Notes: generated by a model not told the origin, from the letters alone. Positions 12,986 to 22,977 are shown, counted from the stretch's first letter. The stretch: 39,563 bases of DNA from Rhodospirillaceae bacterium (GCA_018649245.1 JABIIH010000253.1:1-39563), one strand, 5' to 3'. Translations and numbers: made by a program.

Positions 12986-14044
12986 TTGGCACCATCCAAC
13001 GAATTTAATGCAGTAACTGTCATCGCCCAAGATGCAATCAAAAAAATGATTGAGCTAGGCGTGCCAGCCAGTCCAGCTAACTACATGGTCTGGTATCATT
13101 ATTATGCCAATTCCCATCCTGATTTAAAACGCACCATTGACGTCCTTTTGGACAACAATCAGGATTTTGACGATGCTCAATGTGCCAAAATCTATGAACA
13201 ATATTTTACCCTTGATGTTGAAAGTGGACTGCTTGATTCAGCATCGGGTAGCTTTGAAAAAATTATCGATCGGGCGGTTCAATATTTGGATGAAGCAGGA
13301 ACCGATGCGGCAGAGTTTGGTGAGACTTTGGCGGACGCTTCGGGCGGTCTAGCGGGGCAATCCAGCCCCGATGAGGCGCGGGATATAATCAGTGGTGTCG
13401 TTAATGCCACCCAAGAAATGGAGAATCGAGCTAAAGTTTTAGAGGAACGACTGGCAGCAGCTTCATCTGAAGTCGCCGATCTCCGGCAGGAGGTTGAAAT
13501 TACCCGCCGGGAAGCGGCAACGGATGGACTTACCGGCCTCGTCAACCGCAAACGCTTCGATATCACGTTACGCGAAACCGCCGCCGAAATGATGGAAGCT
13601 GGCGAAGACATGTGCTTGCTTATGCTGGATATCGATTTCTTTAAGAAATTTAACGATAATTATGGCCATCAAACGGGGGACCAGGTTCTCAAACTTTTGG
13701 CAATGACCTTAAATGAATGTATTAAAGGGCAAGACACGGCGGCGCGTTACGGCGGTGAAGAATTTGCTGTCATCTTGCCAAATACTTTACTCAACCCTGC
13801 TATTCTTCTGGCAGAAAATATTCGCGAACGCGTGTCGCGGAAAAGTATTATCAATAAATCATCCGGCGATCAGCTTGGCGCAATTACGCTTTCGATTGGC
13901 GTGGCTAAATATGATTTTGGCGAACCTCTGAGCGAGCTTATCTCGCGGGCAGATACCGCCCTCTACGCGGCAAAAAACCAGGGCCGCAATAGGGTTTTGT
14001 CCGAAAATGATTTGGTTTCGCCATCAGCTTCAGCGCAAAATTAA
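12986..14044 (+). CDS. Diguanylate cyclase (helical N-terminus, coiled coil, GGDEF domain)
   Basis: DGLTGLVNRKRF, DIDFFKKFNDNYGHQTGD, RYGGEEF and ADTALYAAKNQGRN. TTG start after AGGAG. Confidence 0.93.
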   Translation: MAPSNEFNAVTVIAQDAIKKMIELGVPASPANYMVWYHYYANSHPDLKRTIDVLLDNNQDFDDAQCAKIYEQYFTLDVESGLLDSASGSFEKIIDRAVQYLDEAGTDAAEFGETLADASGGLAGQSSPDEARDIISGVVNATQEMENRAKVLEERLAAASSEVADLRQEVEITRREAATDGLTGLVNRKRFDITLRETAAEMMEAGEDMCLLMLDIDFFKKFNDNYGHQTGDQVLKLLAMTLNECIKGQDTAARYGGEEFAVILPNTLLNPAILLAENIRERVSRKSIINKSSGDQLGAITLSIGVAKYDFGEPLSELISRADTALYAAKNQGRNRVLSENDLVSPSASAQN

Positions 14045-14203
14045 ACGCTTTGGCAAACGTGGCCCACCCTTCGCCAGCCCTTCATCACGCTTTGAATTGA
14101 AGCAAAAAATATTAATTACCAACGTGACTTCCCCCTAGCGCAAATTGCAAAAAGGGTTTATTTCTTAAGGTGTTATAACTTTTCTTAAGCTAGTGAATAG
14201 GTA

Positions 14204-15976
14204 ATGGCTAGGCGTCGTGGTTTAAAGCCGAGCCGTATTTTAATGCGGTTGCGGCGGATCATTCGGAACGATCAACTTATCTTGTCAATTCTTGCTGTCT
14301 TTGTAGGCGCAGTGGCAGGTGGTGGCGTCATTTTGATCCGTGAAGGCATTGATCTTGTCCAAGGCGTGTTTCTCGGCGGCACCTCAGAAAATTTAATTGT
14401 CCATGTTAAATCGCTGCCTTGGTGGCAGATACTTTTTGCGCCGGCGGTGGGCGGCTTGCTGATCGGGATTTTTATTTATTATGTCATTCCAGGACGTAAA
14501 CCACGTGGTATCGCCCAGGTAATTGAAGCCAGTGCATTGCGAGGCGGGCGGATGAATTTACGCGCCGGCATTGGTGCCGCGATTGCCAGCGCTGCCTCAA
14601 TCGGTGTTGGTGGTGCGGTTGGCCGTGAGGGCCCTGCCGTCCATCTCGGTGCGACCTTCGGCGCCTGGTTCGCCCAAAGACTTCATCTCACGCGCTCTTT
14701 GTCGCGCGCCCTTTTAGGCTGCGGTGCCGCCGCAGCAGTGGCCGCGTCATTTAATGCGCCCATTGCCGGCGCCCTTTTTGCCCATGAGGTCGTGGTTGGT
14801 CATTTTGCCATGAGCGCCTTTGCTCCAATTGTGATCGCCAGCGTTGTTGGTACCATCGTGTCGCGGGTCTATTTCGGCGACTTTCCGGCTTTCAGTATTT
14901 CGGAGCATTCCTTGAACTCTTTTCTCGAGTTCCCAGCGGTGATTGGGCTGGGTATAGCCAGCGGTGTTATCGCCATTTTGTTTATGCGCTCGGCGATGCT
15001 CACCGAGGACCTCATGCAAAAAGTGCCAGGACCACAATGGGCAAAACCTGCTTTTGGCGGGTTTTTACTTGGCGCTATTGCCCTGGTTTTTCCGCAGGTG
15101 CTGGGTGTCGGTTACGATGCTACAGATCTAGCGCTCAACTTGGAATTATCGATTTCTCTGTTGATTGCGCTGGTCGCTATGAAAATATTAGCGACGTCGA
15201 TTTGTATTGGCAGTGGCTGGGGTGGTGGCGTTTTCACGCCGGCCTTGATGATCGGCGCCATGCTCGGCGGAGCCTACGGCATAATTGTAACCGATATATC
15301 ACCTGAACTATCTTCCGGTCCTGGTGCCTATACAATCATCGGCATGGGCGCTGTAGCTGCAGCGGTCCTTGGTGCACCGATCTCAACCACCTTAATTGTG
15401 TTTGAGTTGACCGACGATTACCCGTTAACCATCGCGGTGATGCTGGCGGTCGTGATTTCCAATGTTGTCTCCCAGCAATTTCTCGGTAAATCCTTTTTTA
15501 ATTGGCAATTGGAGCGCGCCGGGCTTGATCTCAAAGGCGGTTTTGAAACTGCCTTGTTGCGCAGTATCAGAGTCCATAAGCTGGTAAATCGTGACAGTGA
15601 AACAGTTGGGGTCGGCGCATTGCTTCAAGAACTCCGCTCAAAACTCCAAGCCTCTGAAACCGGTGAGTTGTTTGTGCTCAAAGAAAATGGCGAACTTTTC
15701 GGCACCATTACTTTGGCCGATCTCAGCGATGCCGCCTTTGACCATGAGGTTGATAATCTCATTAATGCCGGTGATGTGGCGCGCGTTCATCCGCCAATTC
15801 TTGATCTGTTTGATGATCTGGAGACCGCCAACAAAGTCATTCGCGATAGCGGTGAGCATTACATTGCCGTAGTTGAAAATCATGAGACGATGAAATTTAT
15901 CGGCACGCTGCACGAGACCGAAGTGATGTCAGCTTATAATAAAGCACTTGTTGCTGCCCGCCACGAGGAGCATTAA
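14204..15976 (+). CDS. ClC-family chloride channel/transporter with C-terminal CBS pair
   Basis: GREGP, AASFNAPIAG, GGVFTP and GAPISTTLIVFELT; many transmembrane segments and a soluble C-terminus. Confidence 0.92.
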   Translation: MARRRGLKPSRILMRLRRIIRNDQLILSILAVFVGAVAGGGVILIREGIDLVQGVFLGGTSENLIVHVKSLPWWQILFAPAVGGLLIGIFIYYVIPGRKPRGIAQVIEASALRGGRMNLRAGIGAAIASAASIGVGGAVGREGPAVHLGATFGAWFAQRLHLTRSLSRALLGCGAAAAVAASFNAPIAGALFAHEVVVGHFAMSAFAPIVIASVVGTIVSRVYFGDFPAFSISEHSLNSFLEFPAVIGLGIASGVIAILFMRSAMLTEDLMQKVPGPQWAKPAFGGFLLGAIALVFPQVLGVGYDATDLALNLELSISLLIALVAMKILATSICIGSGWGGGVFTPALMIGAMLGGAYGIIVTDISPELSSGPGAYTIIGMGAVAAAVLGAPISTTLIVFELTDDYPLTIAVMLAVVISNVVSQQFLGKSFFNWQLERAGLDLKGGFETALLRSIRVHKLVNRDSETVGVGALLQELRSKLQASETGELFVLKENGELFGTITLADLSDAAFDHEVDNLINAGDVARVHPPILDLFDDLETANKVIRDSGEHYIAVVENHETMKFIGTLHETEVMSAYNKALVAARHEEH

Positions 15977-15997
15977 GACGCCCCTTAATTTACCTTA

Positions 15998-16996
15998 TCA
16001 GAGCGTGGGTTTTTTATTGAACCATTCAAGGCGGTTCATCGATTTAATCGAAAATTCTTTGATCACCGGCTCGGCTGTCAATCTGGGCAGAATATTGAGC
16101 TTGATCACATCACCCGCTTTACGGTCGGCCCAAAGAGTACGGTAGAAATTCTCCTGACTACGGACGGTTTTACCATTTACCCCGACGATTAGATCACCCG
16201 GCCCGAGCCCGGCCTTCGATGCCGGTCCATCCTTAGAAACGCGATTAATGAATACCCGGTCACGCATCTCGATGGTGTTGGCGCCAATCCACGGTTTCGC
16301 CGCCGCCTGGCGTTTGCCATGTTCTAACAAATCCGCCAGCACCGGCTTTATCTCGTTGACCGGCACAAACATATTGCCGGGTGAGCGCACGTTTGGAGCG
16401 ACAGCGTTGCCGACAATTAACGAGCCGATGCCCAGCAGTTTACCGTCTTTACCGATCAGAGCAGCGCCACTGTGAAAGCTGTGGGGCGGGGTGGTGAAGA
16501 TGGCATTTTCCAGCAGATACTCCCAGCCGCCGGTAAATACGCGCCGGGAGACAACCCGCGCCGGAATGATAGGTTGTGGACCAACACGACTGGCAATGAG
16601 GACTTGATCCTGGATCGAGAGCTTGGTCGAATTGCCCAATCGCATTGGTTTAATCGACAGCGACTTGCGCATGCGCAAAAGACCAAAGCCACTTTCATGA
16701 TCATAAGCGATTATCTTGGCTGGTGATTGTTTGCCGCTGGGACCGGTAATGATGGCGCCTTCGGCTTCGAGAATCAAATAGCCGATGGTCAGCACCAATC
16801 CTTCATTATCGATGATGACCCCACTGCCTTGCCGGTTGGTGCCTAAAAATCGCGCTGTCCGCCTGTCTTGGGGTATAGTTGTCTCAACGCTGACAACCGC
16901 TTGCAGGATATCTTTTTCAGCGGCCTTAGCCGGAGCCATTGGCACGCTCAAAAAGAATATAGAAAGGGCAATAATTCGAATGGATGATTGACGCAC
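15998..16996 (-). CDS. S1C/HtrA-like trypsin-fold protein with PDZ domain, catalytic triad degenerate
   Basis: Signal peptide, GSGVIID, LVLTIGYLI, HSGAALIGKDGKLLGI and PDZ motif GPASKAGLGPGDLIVGVNG. GTG 16996 preceded by GGAGG. Confidence 0.8.
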   Translation of the reverse strand: MRQSSIRIIALSIFFLSVPMAPAKAAEKDILQAVVSVETTIPQDRRTARFLGTNRQGSGVIIDNEGLVLTIGYLILEAEGAIITGPSGKQSPAKIIAYDHESGFGLLRMRKSLSIKPMRLGNSTKLSIQDQVLIASRVGPQPIIPARVVSRRVFTGGWEYLLENAIFTTPPHSFHSGAALIGKDGKLLGIGSLIVGNAVAPNVRSPGNMFVPVNEIKPVLADLLEHGKRQAAAKPWIGANTIEMRDRVFINRVSKDGPASKAGLGPGDLIVGVNGKTVRSQENFYRTLWADRKAGDVIKLNILPRLTAEPVIKEFSIKSMNRLEWFNKKPTL

Positions 16997-17069
16997 GTCA
17001 CTTACCTCCGACACTAAACTGCATTAAAATGCTCTCTCTATTGGGTTAAAATGTCAAAGTGATTATTTA

Positions 17070-17091
17070 CGCTACACGACATTGTGTAGCG
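17070..17091. promoter_or_regulatory. Perfect dyad in the divergent promoter region, putative operator
   Basis: CGCTACAC-GACATT-GTGTAGCG (8-bp arms) between the divergent PDZ-protease and DUF1800 starts. Confidence 0.45.
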
Positions 17092-17160
17092 ACGGAATTT
17101 TTAAAATCTAACGTTTCTGTAGTTAGAGAATTTACTTCAGTCAGATTTGGTTGTGAAAAT

Positions 17161-18570
17161 ATGATTAGATTTTTGGTTGTTTTAATTGGCTTAGTTATAG
17201 CAATCCCTCAAGCCTCGGCGATTTCTTTCGATGAAGCGCGGCATTTATTGGCCCGTACCGGCTTTGGCTCACCCAGACCTGCCGAGATCGATAAAATCCT
17301 GCCGCTTGGTTATGAAGCAGCGGTCGATCAAATTTTAAATGGCGTACCTGGAAAAGCGGCCACACCAATTCCGGAATTTAAAACAGAGCCCGCTGATCGC
17401 CGGAAAATAAAAAATATGGATAAAGCCGCCCGCCAGGATTATCAGCGGCGCAATCAAGCTGATCGCAAAGAAGCTAGATATTGGTGGATTCGGGAGATGC
17501 TGGAGACACCGTCACCTTTTACCGAGCGCATGGTGCTGTTCTGGCACAATCATTTCGTCTCGGAAATCAACAAGGTTCAATTCGGGCAATGGGCACTTGA
17601 GCAAAATGCTTCTTTTCGCAAATACGCCATTGGTGATTTTCGCAAACTTTTAATCGAGGTATCAATTGGACCGGCGATGATGATCTATCTTGATGCCAGC
17701 AAAAATAAGAAAAACAAACCGAATGAAAATTTCGCCCGTGAAATTATGGAACTGTTCACGCTGGGTGAAGGGCAGGGCTATACGGAAGAAGATATTCGCG
17801 AATCTGCCCGCGCCTATACCGGCTGGCGAATTAATTTTGACACCGCCAAGTTTGAATTTAATCTTTGGTCGCATGACAACACCGATAAGACCGTGCTTGG
17901 CAAAACCGGTAATTTTGATGGCATAGATGTGATGGAGATTATTCTCGAACAACCTCGTGTGGCTGATTTCCTGGCCGAAAAGCTATGGCGTGAGTTTGTT
18001 TCGTTGCAGCCAAATCCTTCCGAAACCAAGCGCCTCGCTAAAATTATTCGGGCTCACAAATACAATCTAAAACCCATGATTAAGGCGATGTTTATGTCAC
18101 CTGTTTTCCGTGATCCGGACAATCGGGGCACGCTGATTAAATCACCGGTCGAACTGACCATCGGCACGCTCCGACTGTTGGGTCAAAAGCCGCCGGAAAT
18201 AAGAAAGGTTTGGGGTAACCAAAAAGCTATGGGTCAAAATTTATTTGATCCGCCGGATGTCAAAGGCTGGCGCGGTGGTATGGCATGGATGACATCCACG
18301 ACGACTTTACGCCGTTCTCAATTCTTGAAGGCCGCGTTTAACGGCGTAAAGAAATTCAATAAAAAAAGAGAATTGACAGCGATGGAGATGCGTAAACTTC
18401 CGTTTGGCGTTGCCAACCCGTGGCCGTTGCAAGCACGGGAAGTGGCGAAACCGGGATATCTTAAAAAATTGATGTTGGCGATTGATCCGGTAATGCAGAG
18501 AAAATTCACTGGCAAGCAGCGCAAGGTCATTCGCAATTTACTGCTCGATCCGGCTTACCAGGTGAAATGA
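17161..18570 (+). CDS. DUF1800-family protein
   Basis: ARHLLARTGFG, ERMVLFWHNHF, PAMMIYLD, PNENFAREIMELFTLG and PPDVKGW. Sec-type signal from ATG 17161. Confidence 0.9.
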   Translation: MIRFLVVLIGLVIAIPQASAISFDEARHLLARTGFGSPRPAEIDKILPLGYEAAVDQILNGVPGKAATPIPEFKTEPADRRKIKNMDKAARQDYQRRNQADRKEARYWWIREMLETPSPFTERMVLFWHNHFVSEINKVQFGQWALEQNASFRKYAIGDFRKLLIEVSIGPAMMIYLDASKNKKNKPNENFAREIMELFTLGEGQGYTEEDIRESARAYTGWRINFDTAKFEFNLWSHDNTDKTVLGKTGNFDGIDVMEIILEQPRVADFLAEKLWREFVSLQPNPSETKRLAKIIRAHKYNLKPMIKAMFMSPVFRDPDNRGTLIKSPVELTIGTLRLLGQKPPEIRKVWGNQKAMGQNLFDPPDVKGWRGGMAWMTSTTTLRRSQFLKAAFNGVKKFNKKRELTAMEMRKLPFGVANPWPLQAREVAKPGYLKKLMLAIDPVMQRKFTGKQRKVIRNLLLDPAYQVK

Positions 18571-18577
18571 GGATATC

Positions 18578-19753
18578 ATGATGAAACGCAGAGATTTTTT
18601 GAAATACTCACTGGTCTTGCCGACAGTTGCAGGAACGGGCCTTGAACTCCTCAGCTTGCCGACTCATGCAGCCACTGGAAGGTGGGATCGCACCGTTGTT
18701 TTAGTCGAACTCAAAGGTGGCAATGATGGTCTCAATACAATTGTGCCCTATACAGATCAAAAATATTACGACATCCGCCCGACCCTAGCTATTCCGCGAG
18801 ATAAAGTTTTAAAGCAAACCGATAAGCTCGGCTTTAACCCGGCTTTTGCGCCGTTGATGCCTCTTTGGGAAGCTAAGCAAATGGCAGTGGTTTTGGGCGT
18901 CGGCTACCCCAATCCAAACCTTTCTCATTTCCGTGGCATTAATATCTGGAATTCCGCTTCCGATGCCGAGACTTTTGTCGATAATGGTTGGATTACGCAA
19001 TTATTCGATGAATCAAAACCCAGCCGGAATTTTGCCGCCGATGGGATTAATTTAGCCAACAACCCGGCGGGTGCAGTCGAAGGCGGTAAATCCCGCGTCA
19101 TTACGTTAGAGAAAAAGCCGGATAAGCTGCTTAGGCAGGCCGGTCGCATTCAGCCGGGCAGCGACCCGATGAGCAATAACGTGATGTCGCACATCCTCAA
19201 GCAGCGGCGTGATTTACGAGGTGCGGCTGACAATATAATTGCCAAGCAGATCGAAAACGTAAATTTAGGTGGTAAATTTTCCGCCTCTAAATTAGGTGTG
19301 CAGTTTGAGACCGCGGCCCGGCTTTTGGTGGCTGGTGTCAAAGTGCCGGTGATTAAACTGACCATCGGCAAGTTTGATACCCATGCTGGCCAGGAACCGC
19401 TCCATGCTAATTTGCTGGGCGACGTTGCGGCCAATGTTTCCGCCTTTGCCGAATTGATGAAGGCCAAAAGCTTGTGGGATAATGTGACGGTAATGAGCTA
19501 TTCTGAATTTGGTCGCCGTCCTTTCGAGAACAACAGCTCCGGCACCGATCACGGCACCGTTGCACCGCATTTTCTCTTTGGCGGCAAAGTCAAAGGCGGT
19601 TTTTACGGTGAGCAATCGCCGCTCGATGATCTCGATAACCAGAACCTTAAATACCGGGTTCATTTCCGGGAAATTTATGCTTCGGTCGCTCGCGAATGGT
19701 GGGGCTTGAACGCCGGCTTTTTCAAAGAGAAGCCACTCGGATTGTTTTCATAG
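18578..19753 (+). CDS. DUF1501-family protein, Tat-exported
   Basis: Twin-arginine KRRDFLK; GGNDGLNTIVPY, YPNPNLSHF, FDTHAGQ and SEFGRR...GTDHG. Canonical partner of DUF1800. Confidence 0.9.
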   Translation: MMKRRDFLKYSLVLPTVAGTGLELLSLPTHAATGRWDRTVVLVELKGGNDGLNTIVPYTDQKYYDIRPTLAIPRDKVLKQTDKLGFNPAFAPLMPLWEAKQMAVVLGVGYPNPNLSHFRGINIWNSASDAETFVDNGWITQLFDESKPSRNFAADGINLANNPAGAVEGGKSRVITLEKKPDKLLRQAGRIQPGSDPMSNNVMSHILKQRRDLRGAADNIIAKQIENVNLGGKFSASKLGVQFETAARLLVAGVKVPVIKLTIGKFDTHAGQEPLHANLLGDVAANVSAFAELMKAKSLWDNVTVMSYSEFGRRPFENNSSGTDHGTVAPHFLFGGKVKGGFYGEQSPLDDLDNQNLKYRVHFREIYASVAREWWGLNAGFFKEKPLGLFS

Positions 19754-19804
19754 AATCCCTTTTGATTTGCTGGTCGGAATTGCATGGCGTGATATACTCG
19801 CGTC

Positions 19805-22099
19805 ATGCCAGACCCGTTTGAACTTTCAGAAGAACCTGTTGAGGCTCCCGCTTCATCCACTGCTTTAACGCCGCCACCCTATATGGATGGCCTTAATGAC
19901 GCCCAGCAACGTGCCGTCGAAGCGATTGATGGCCCGGTCTTGGTATTAGCCGGGGCGGGCACCGGCAAGACTCGCGTGCTGACGACGCGATTGGCGCATA
20001 TTCTGGTTCATGGCAAAGCCCGGCCCTGGGAGATTGTTGCAGTTACTTTCACTAATAAAGCGGCGCGGGAAATGCAAAATCGGGGCGCTACCATCACCGG
20101 GCGGCCTGTTGAAGGTTGGTGGCTCGGCACCTTCCACGCCTTGGGTGCGCGCATCTTGCGCCGACATGCTGAACTGGTCGGGCTCAAAAGTAATTTCACC
20201 ATTCTCGATGCCGATGATCAGGTGCGCCTCCTCAAGCAACTGATGGAAGGCCATCAGATCGACGATAAGAAATGGCCGGCCCGCGTCTTGATGGGAGTGA
20301 TTCAGCGCTGGAAAGATCGCGGCTTGACGCCGGATAAAGTTTCAAAAGACGAAAGCTCTGAATTCGCTGAAGGGATTTTGGTTGGTCTCTACCGGGAATA
20401 TCAGGAGCGGCTCAAAGTGCTCAATGCGGCGGATTTTGGTGATTTGTTACTATTGTGCCTGACGTTGTTTACAGAAAATGCCGATATCCTGCACGAATAT
20501 CAGATGAAGTTCCGCTATCTCCTGGTCGACGAATATCAGGACACCAACGTCGCGCAATATCTCTGGCTGCGCCTACTGGCCCAGGAACACAAAAACATTT
20601 GCTGCGTTGGCGACGATGATCAATCGATCTATTCCTGGCGGGGCGCTGAGGTCGGCAATATCCTTAAATTTGAGAAAGATTTCCCGGGCGCAGAAGTTAT
20701 CCGGCTAGAGCAGAACTACCGCTCGACGCCGCATATCCTGGCCGCTGCCTCCGGCCTGATTGCGCATAATGAAGGGCGGCTGGGCAAAACGCTCTGGACC
20801 GGTATGGCAGCAGGTGACCAGGTCAAGGTGCGTGCGGTCTGGGACGGTGAAGAAGAAGCCCGCTTGATTGGCGACGAGATCGAAGCCCGCCAAAGTAAAA
20901 GCCAAAGCCTTGAAGAGATGGCGATATTGGTGCGGGCCGGCTTTCAAATGCGGGAATTTGAAGAACGCTTAATTACGCTCGGTGTGCCCTATCGGGTGAT
21001 CGGCGGTCCGCGCTTTTATGAGCGCCAGGAAACCCGGGATGCCATCGCCTATCTACGGGTCGTAAACAGCGCCGATGATGATCTGGCCTTTGAGCGTATT
21101 GTTAATGTGCCGAAACGGGGGCTGGGCCAGGCGACCGTGCAAGCGATTCATCAATTGGCCCGAGCCCAAGGCATGCCGATGTATGAAGCGGCGCGGCTGA
21201 TTGTTGAAACGGATGAGATCAAACCCAAGGCACGGACGTCGTTGAAAAATTTGATCCAGGATTTTGAACGCTGGCGCAGTAATCTGGACTCGCTGCCGCA
21301 TCCGGAATTGGCGGCGATTATTTTGGATGAGTCCGGCTACACCGAAATGTGGATGCGCGACAAATCCCCCGAAGCGCCGGGGCGTTTGGAGAACTTAAAA
21401 GAGCTCGTCGCCGGGCTGGAAGATTTTGAAAATATGCAGGGCTTTCTCGAGCATGTCAGTCTGGTGATGGAAAACGAGGAAAACAAAACCGAAGATAAAG
21501 TCAGCCTGATGACGCTGCATGCCGCCAAAGGCTTGGAGTTCGACACAATCTTTTTACCTGGCTGGGAAGAGGGCTTGTTCCCCCATCAGCGCGCCCTCGA
21601 TGAAGAAGGCTTGAAAGGGCTCGAAGAGGAACGCCGCCTGGCCTATGTCGGCATTACCCGGGCCAAAAAAGAGGCACTGATTTTCCATGCAGCCAATCGT
21701 CGCATCTACAACCAGTGGCAAAACTCTCTGCCGTCGCGCTTTGTTGACGAATTGCCAGCTGACAATATTGAGCAAATGGCGGAGCAGGGGCTTTATGGCG
21801 GCATCGGTGCTCAAGCCGGCTTGCGTTCCAGTGGTTCCAGTTTGCGTGAAAGCTCAAATTCGTTTTCCTTTGAAACTCCTAGAAAACGCGGTCATGCCAG
21901 TGATGGCACAGTGATTGAAGGTGAGGCCTGGCTGGTGCCGTCTGGCTCAGACAGCGGTAAGTTTGATATCGGTGCCCGGGTGTTTCACCAAAAATTTGGC
22001 TACGGCAAAGTGTTGTCTTCGGATGGCAATAAGCTGGAAGTCGCGTTTGAAAAAGCCGGCACTAAGAAAGTCATCGATAGCTTTGTCGATCCGGCCTGA
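19805..22099 (+). CDS. uvrD: UvrD/PcrA superfamily-1 DNA helicase
   Basis: LAGAGTGKT, VTFTNKAA, LVDEYQDTN, VGDDDQSIY, LEQNYRST, MTLHAAKGLEF, EERRLAYVGITRA and C-terminal Tudor-like RVFHQKFGYG. Confidence 0.97.
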   Translation: MPDPFELSEEPVEAPASSTALTPPPYMDGLNDAQQRAVEAIDGPVLVLAGAGTGKTRVLTTRLAHILVHGKARPWEIVAVTFTNKAAREMQNRGATITGRPVEGWWLGTFHALGARILRRHAELVGLKSNFTILDADDQVRLLKQLMEGHQIDDKKWPARVLMGVIQRWKDRGLTPDKVSKDESSEFAEGILVGLYREYQERLKVLNAADFGDLLLLCLTLFTENADILHEYQMKFRYLLVDEYQDTNVAQYLWLRLLAQEHKNICCVGDDDQSIYSWRGAEVGNILKFEKDFPGAEVIRLEQNYRSTPHILAAASGLIAHNEGRLGKTLWTGMAAGDQVKVRAVWDGEEEARLIGDEIEARQSKSQSLEEMAILVRAGFQMREFEERLITLGVPYRVIGGPRFYERQETRDAIAYLRVVNSADDDLAFERIVNVPKRGLGQATVQAIHQLARAQGMPMYEAARLIVETDEIKPKARTSLKNLIQDFERWRSNLDSLPHPELAAIILDESGYTEMWMRDKSPEAPGRLENLKELVAGLEDFENMQGFLEHVSLVMENEENKTEDKVSLMTLHAAKGLEFDTIFLPGWEEGLFPHQRALDEEGLKGLEEERRLAYVGITRAKKEALIFHAANRRIYNQWQNSLPSRFVDELPADNIEQMAEQGLYGGIGAQAGLRSSGSSLRESSNSFSFETPRKRGHASDGTVIEGEAWLVPSGSDSGKFDIGARVFHQKFGYGKVLSSDGNKLEVAFEKAGTKKVIDSFVDPA

Positions 22100-22977
22100 T
22101 GAGCGGTACTGATACGCTCTTTCGGGTGACCATTGTGGTGGCGCGGGAATTTGGAAATGCGTTCGCTGAAGCCTTGGAGCCGCACGTCTCGTCCGTTTCT
22201 TGGTCGGTTGATGAAGACATTGCGGAAGCCCAAATTACTGGCTTTGCTGATGTTTTGCCTGATGAGACTGCGATCCGGTTAGCCATCAAATATACCGCCG
22301 AAGCCCTGGAGATAGCAGCGCCGGATATTGAAATTGCCCAAATTCCGATGCGCAATTGGGTGCTTGATAATATTAAACAATTTCCGCCGATTTCCGCCGG
22401 GCGCTTTTTTGTTCATGGCGCCGAATACGAGGACGCTGTTCCGAACAGCCAAATTGGTCTCCGGGTTCCCGCCGGGGCTGCGTTTGGTTCCGGTGATCAC
22501 GGTTCAACCAAAGGCTGCCTACTGGCTTTAGATAAGATGGATCACTTGCCGGTGCGCCGTGCTCTCGATATGGGGTGCGGCTCGGGTATCCTGGCAATCG
22601 CTATGGCTAAGCGTTGGCGTATCCCCGTTGTGGCTTCTGATATTGATCCGGTCTCGACTGCGGTGACCCGGGAAAATGCCGAGATAAACGGCGTCGCGCG
22701 CTATGTCCGCTGTCTCCACGCCAGCGGCTATGATCATCCAGTAGTTCAAGCTGGCAGATATGATCTCATTGTCAGTAATATATTGGCCCGTCCGCTTTGC
22801 ATTCTGGCGAGAGATTTAGGCCGTCACTTAAATCCAGGAGGTTGGGCGGTGTTGTCAGGCTTGTTGTTAGGTGACGCCAATCGGATTATTTCCGCTCATC
22901 ATCAGCAGGACTTGCGGCTTCACAGTCGCGTTGAGCTTGGCGAGTGGATCACTATTGTGATGAGAAAATCTATCTGA
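22099..22977 (+). CDS. prmA: Ribosomal protein L11 methyltransferase
   Basis: AFGSGDHGSTKGCL, LDMGCGSGILAIA, DIDP and NILARPL. TGATG coupling with uvrD. Confidence 0.92.
   Translation: MSGTDTLFRVTIVVAREFGNAFAEALEPHVSSVSWSVDEDIAEAQITGFADVLPDETAIRLAIKYTAEALEIAAPDIEIAQIPMRNWVLDNIKQFPPISAGRFFVHGAEYEDAVPNSQIGLRVPAGAAFGSGDHGSTKGCLLALDKMDHLPVRRALDMGCGSGILAIAMAKRWRIPVVASDIDPVSTAVTRENAEINGVARYVRCLHASGYDHPVVQAGRYDLIVSNILARPLCILARDLGRHLNPGGWAVLSGLLLGDANRIISAHHQQDLRLHSRVELGEWITIVMRKSI

Noticed and set aside
14161-14189. TTTCTTAAG direct repeat flanking a GTTATAAC palindrome upstream of the ClC gene
   Set aside because: Short and AT-rich. It could be an operator but cannot be distinguished from chance without comparative data.
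17059-17160. Longer start for DUF1800
   Set aside because: The signal peptide begins at ATG 17161, and the upstream region is the AT-rich divergent promoter containing a dyad.
18568-18570. Other TGA stops as Sec codons (e.g. DUF1800, uvrD, vapC, prmA)
   Set aside because: Each falls at the natural C-terminus of its family, the next gene is in a different frame or strand, and there is no redox-motif context.
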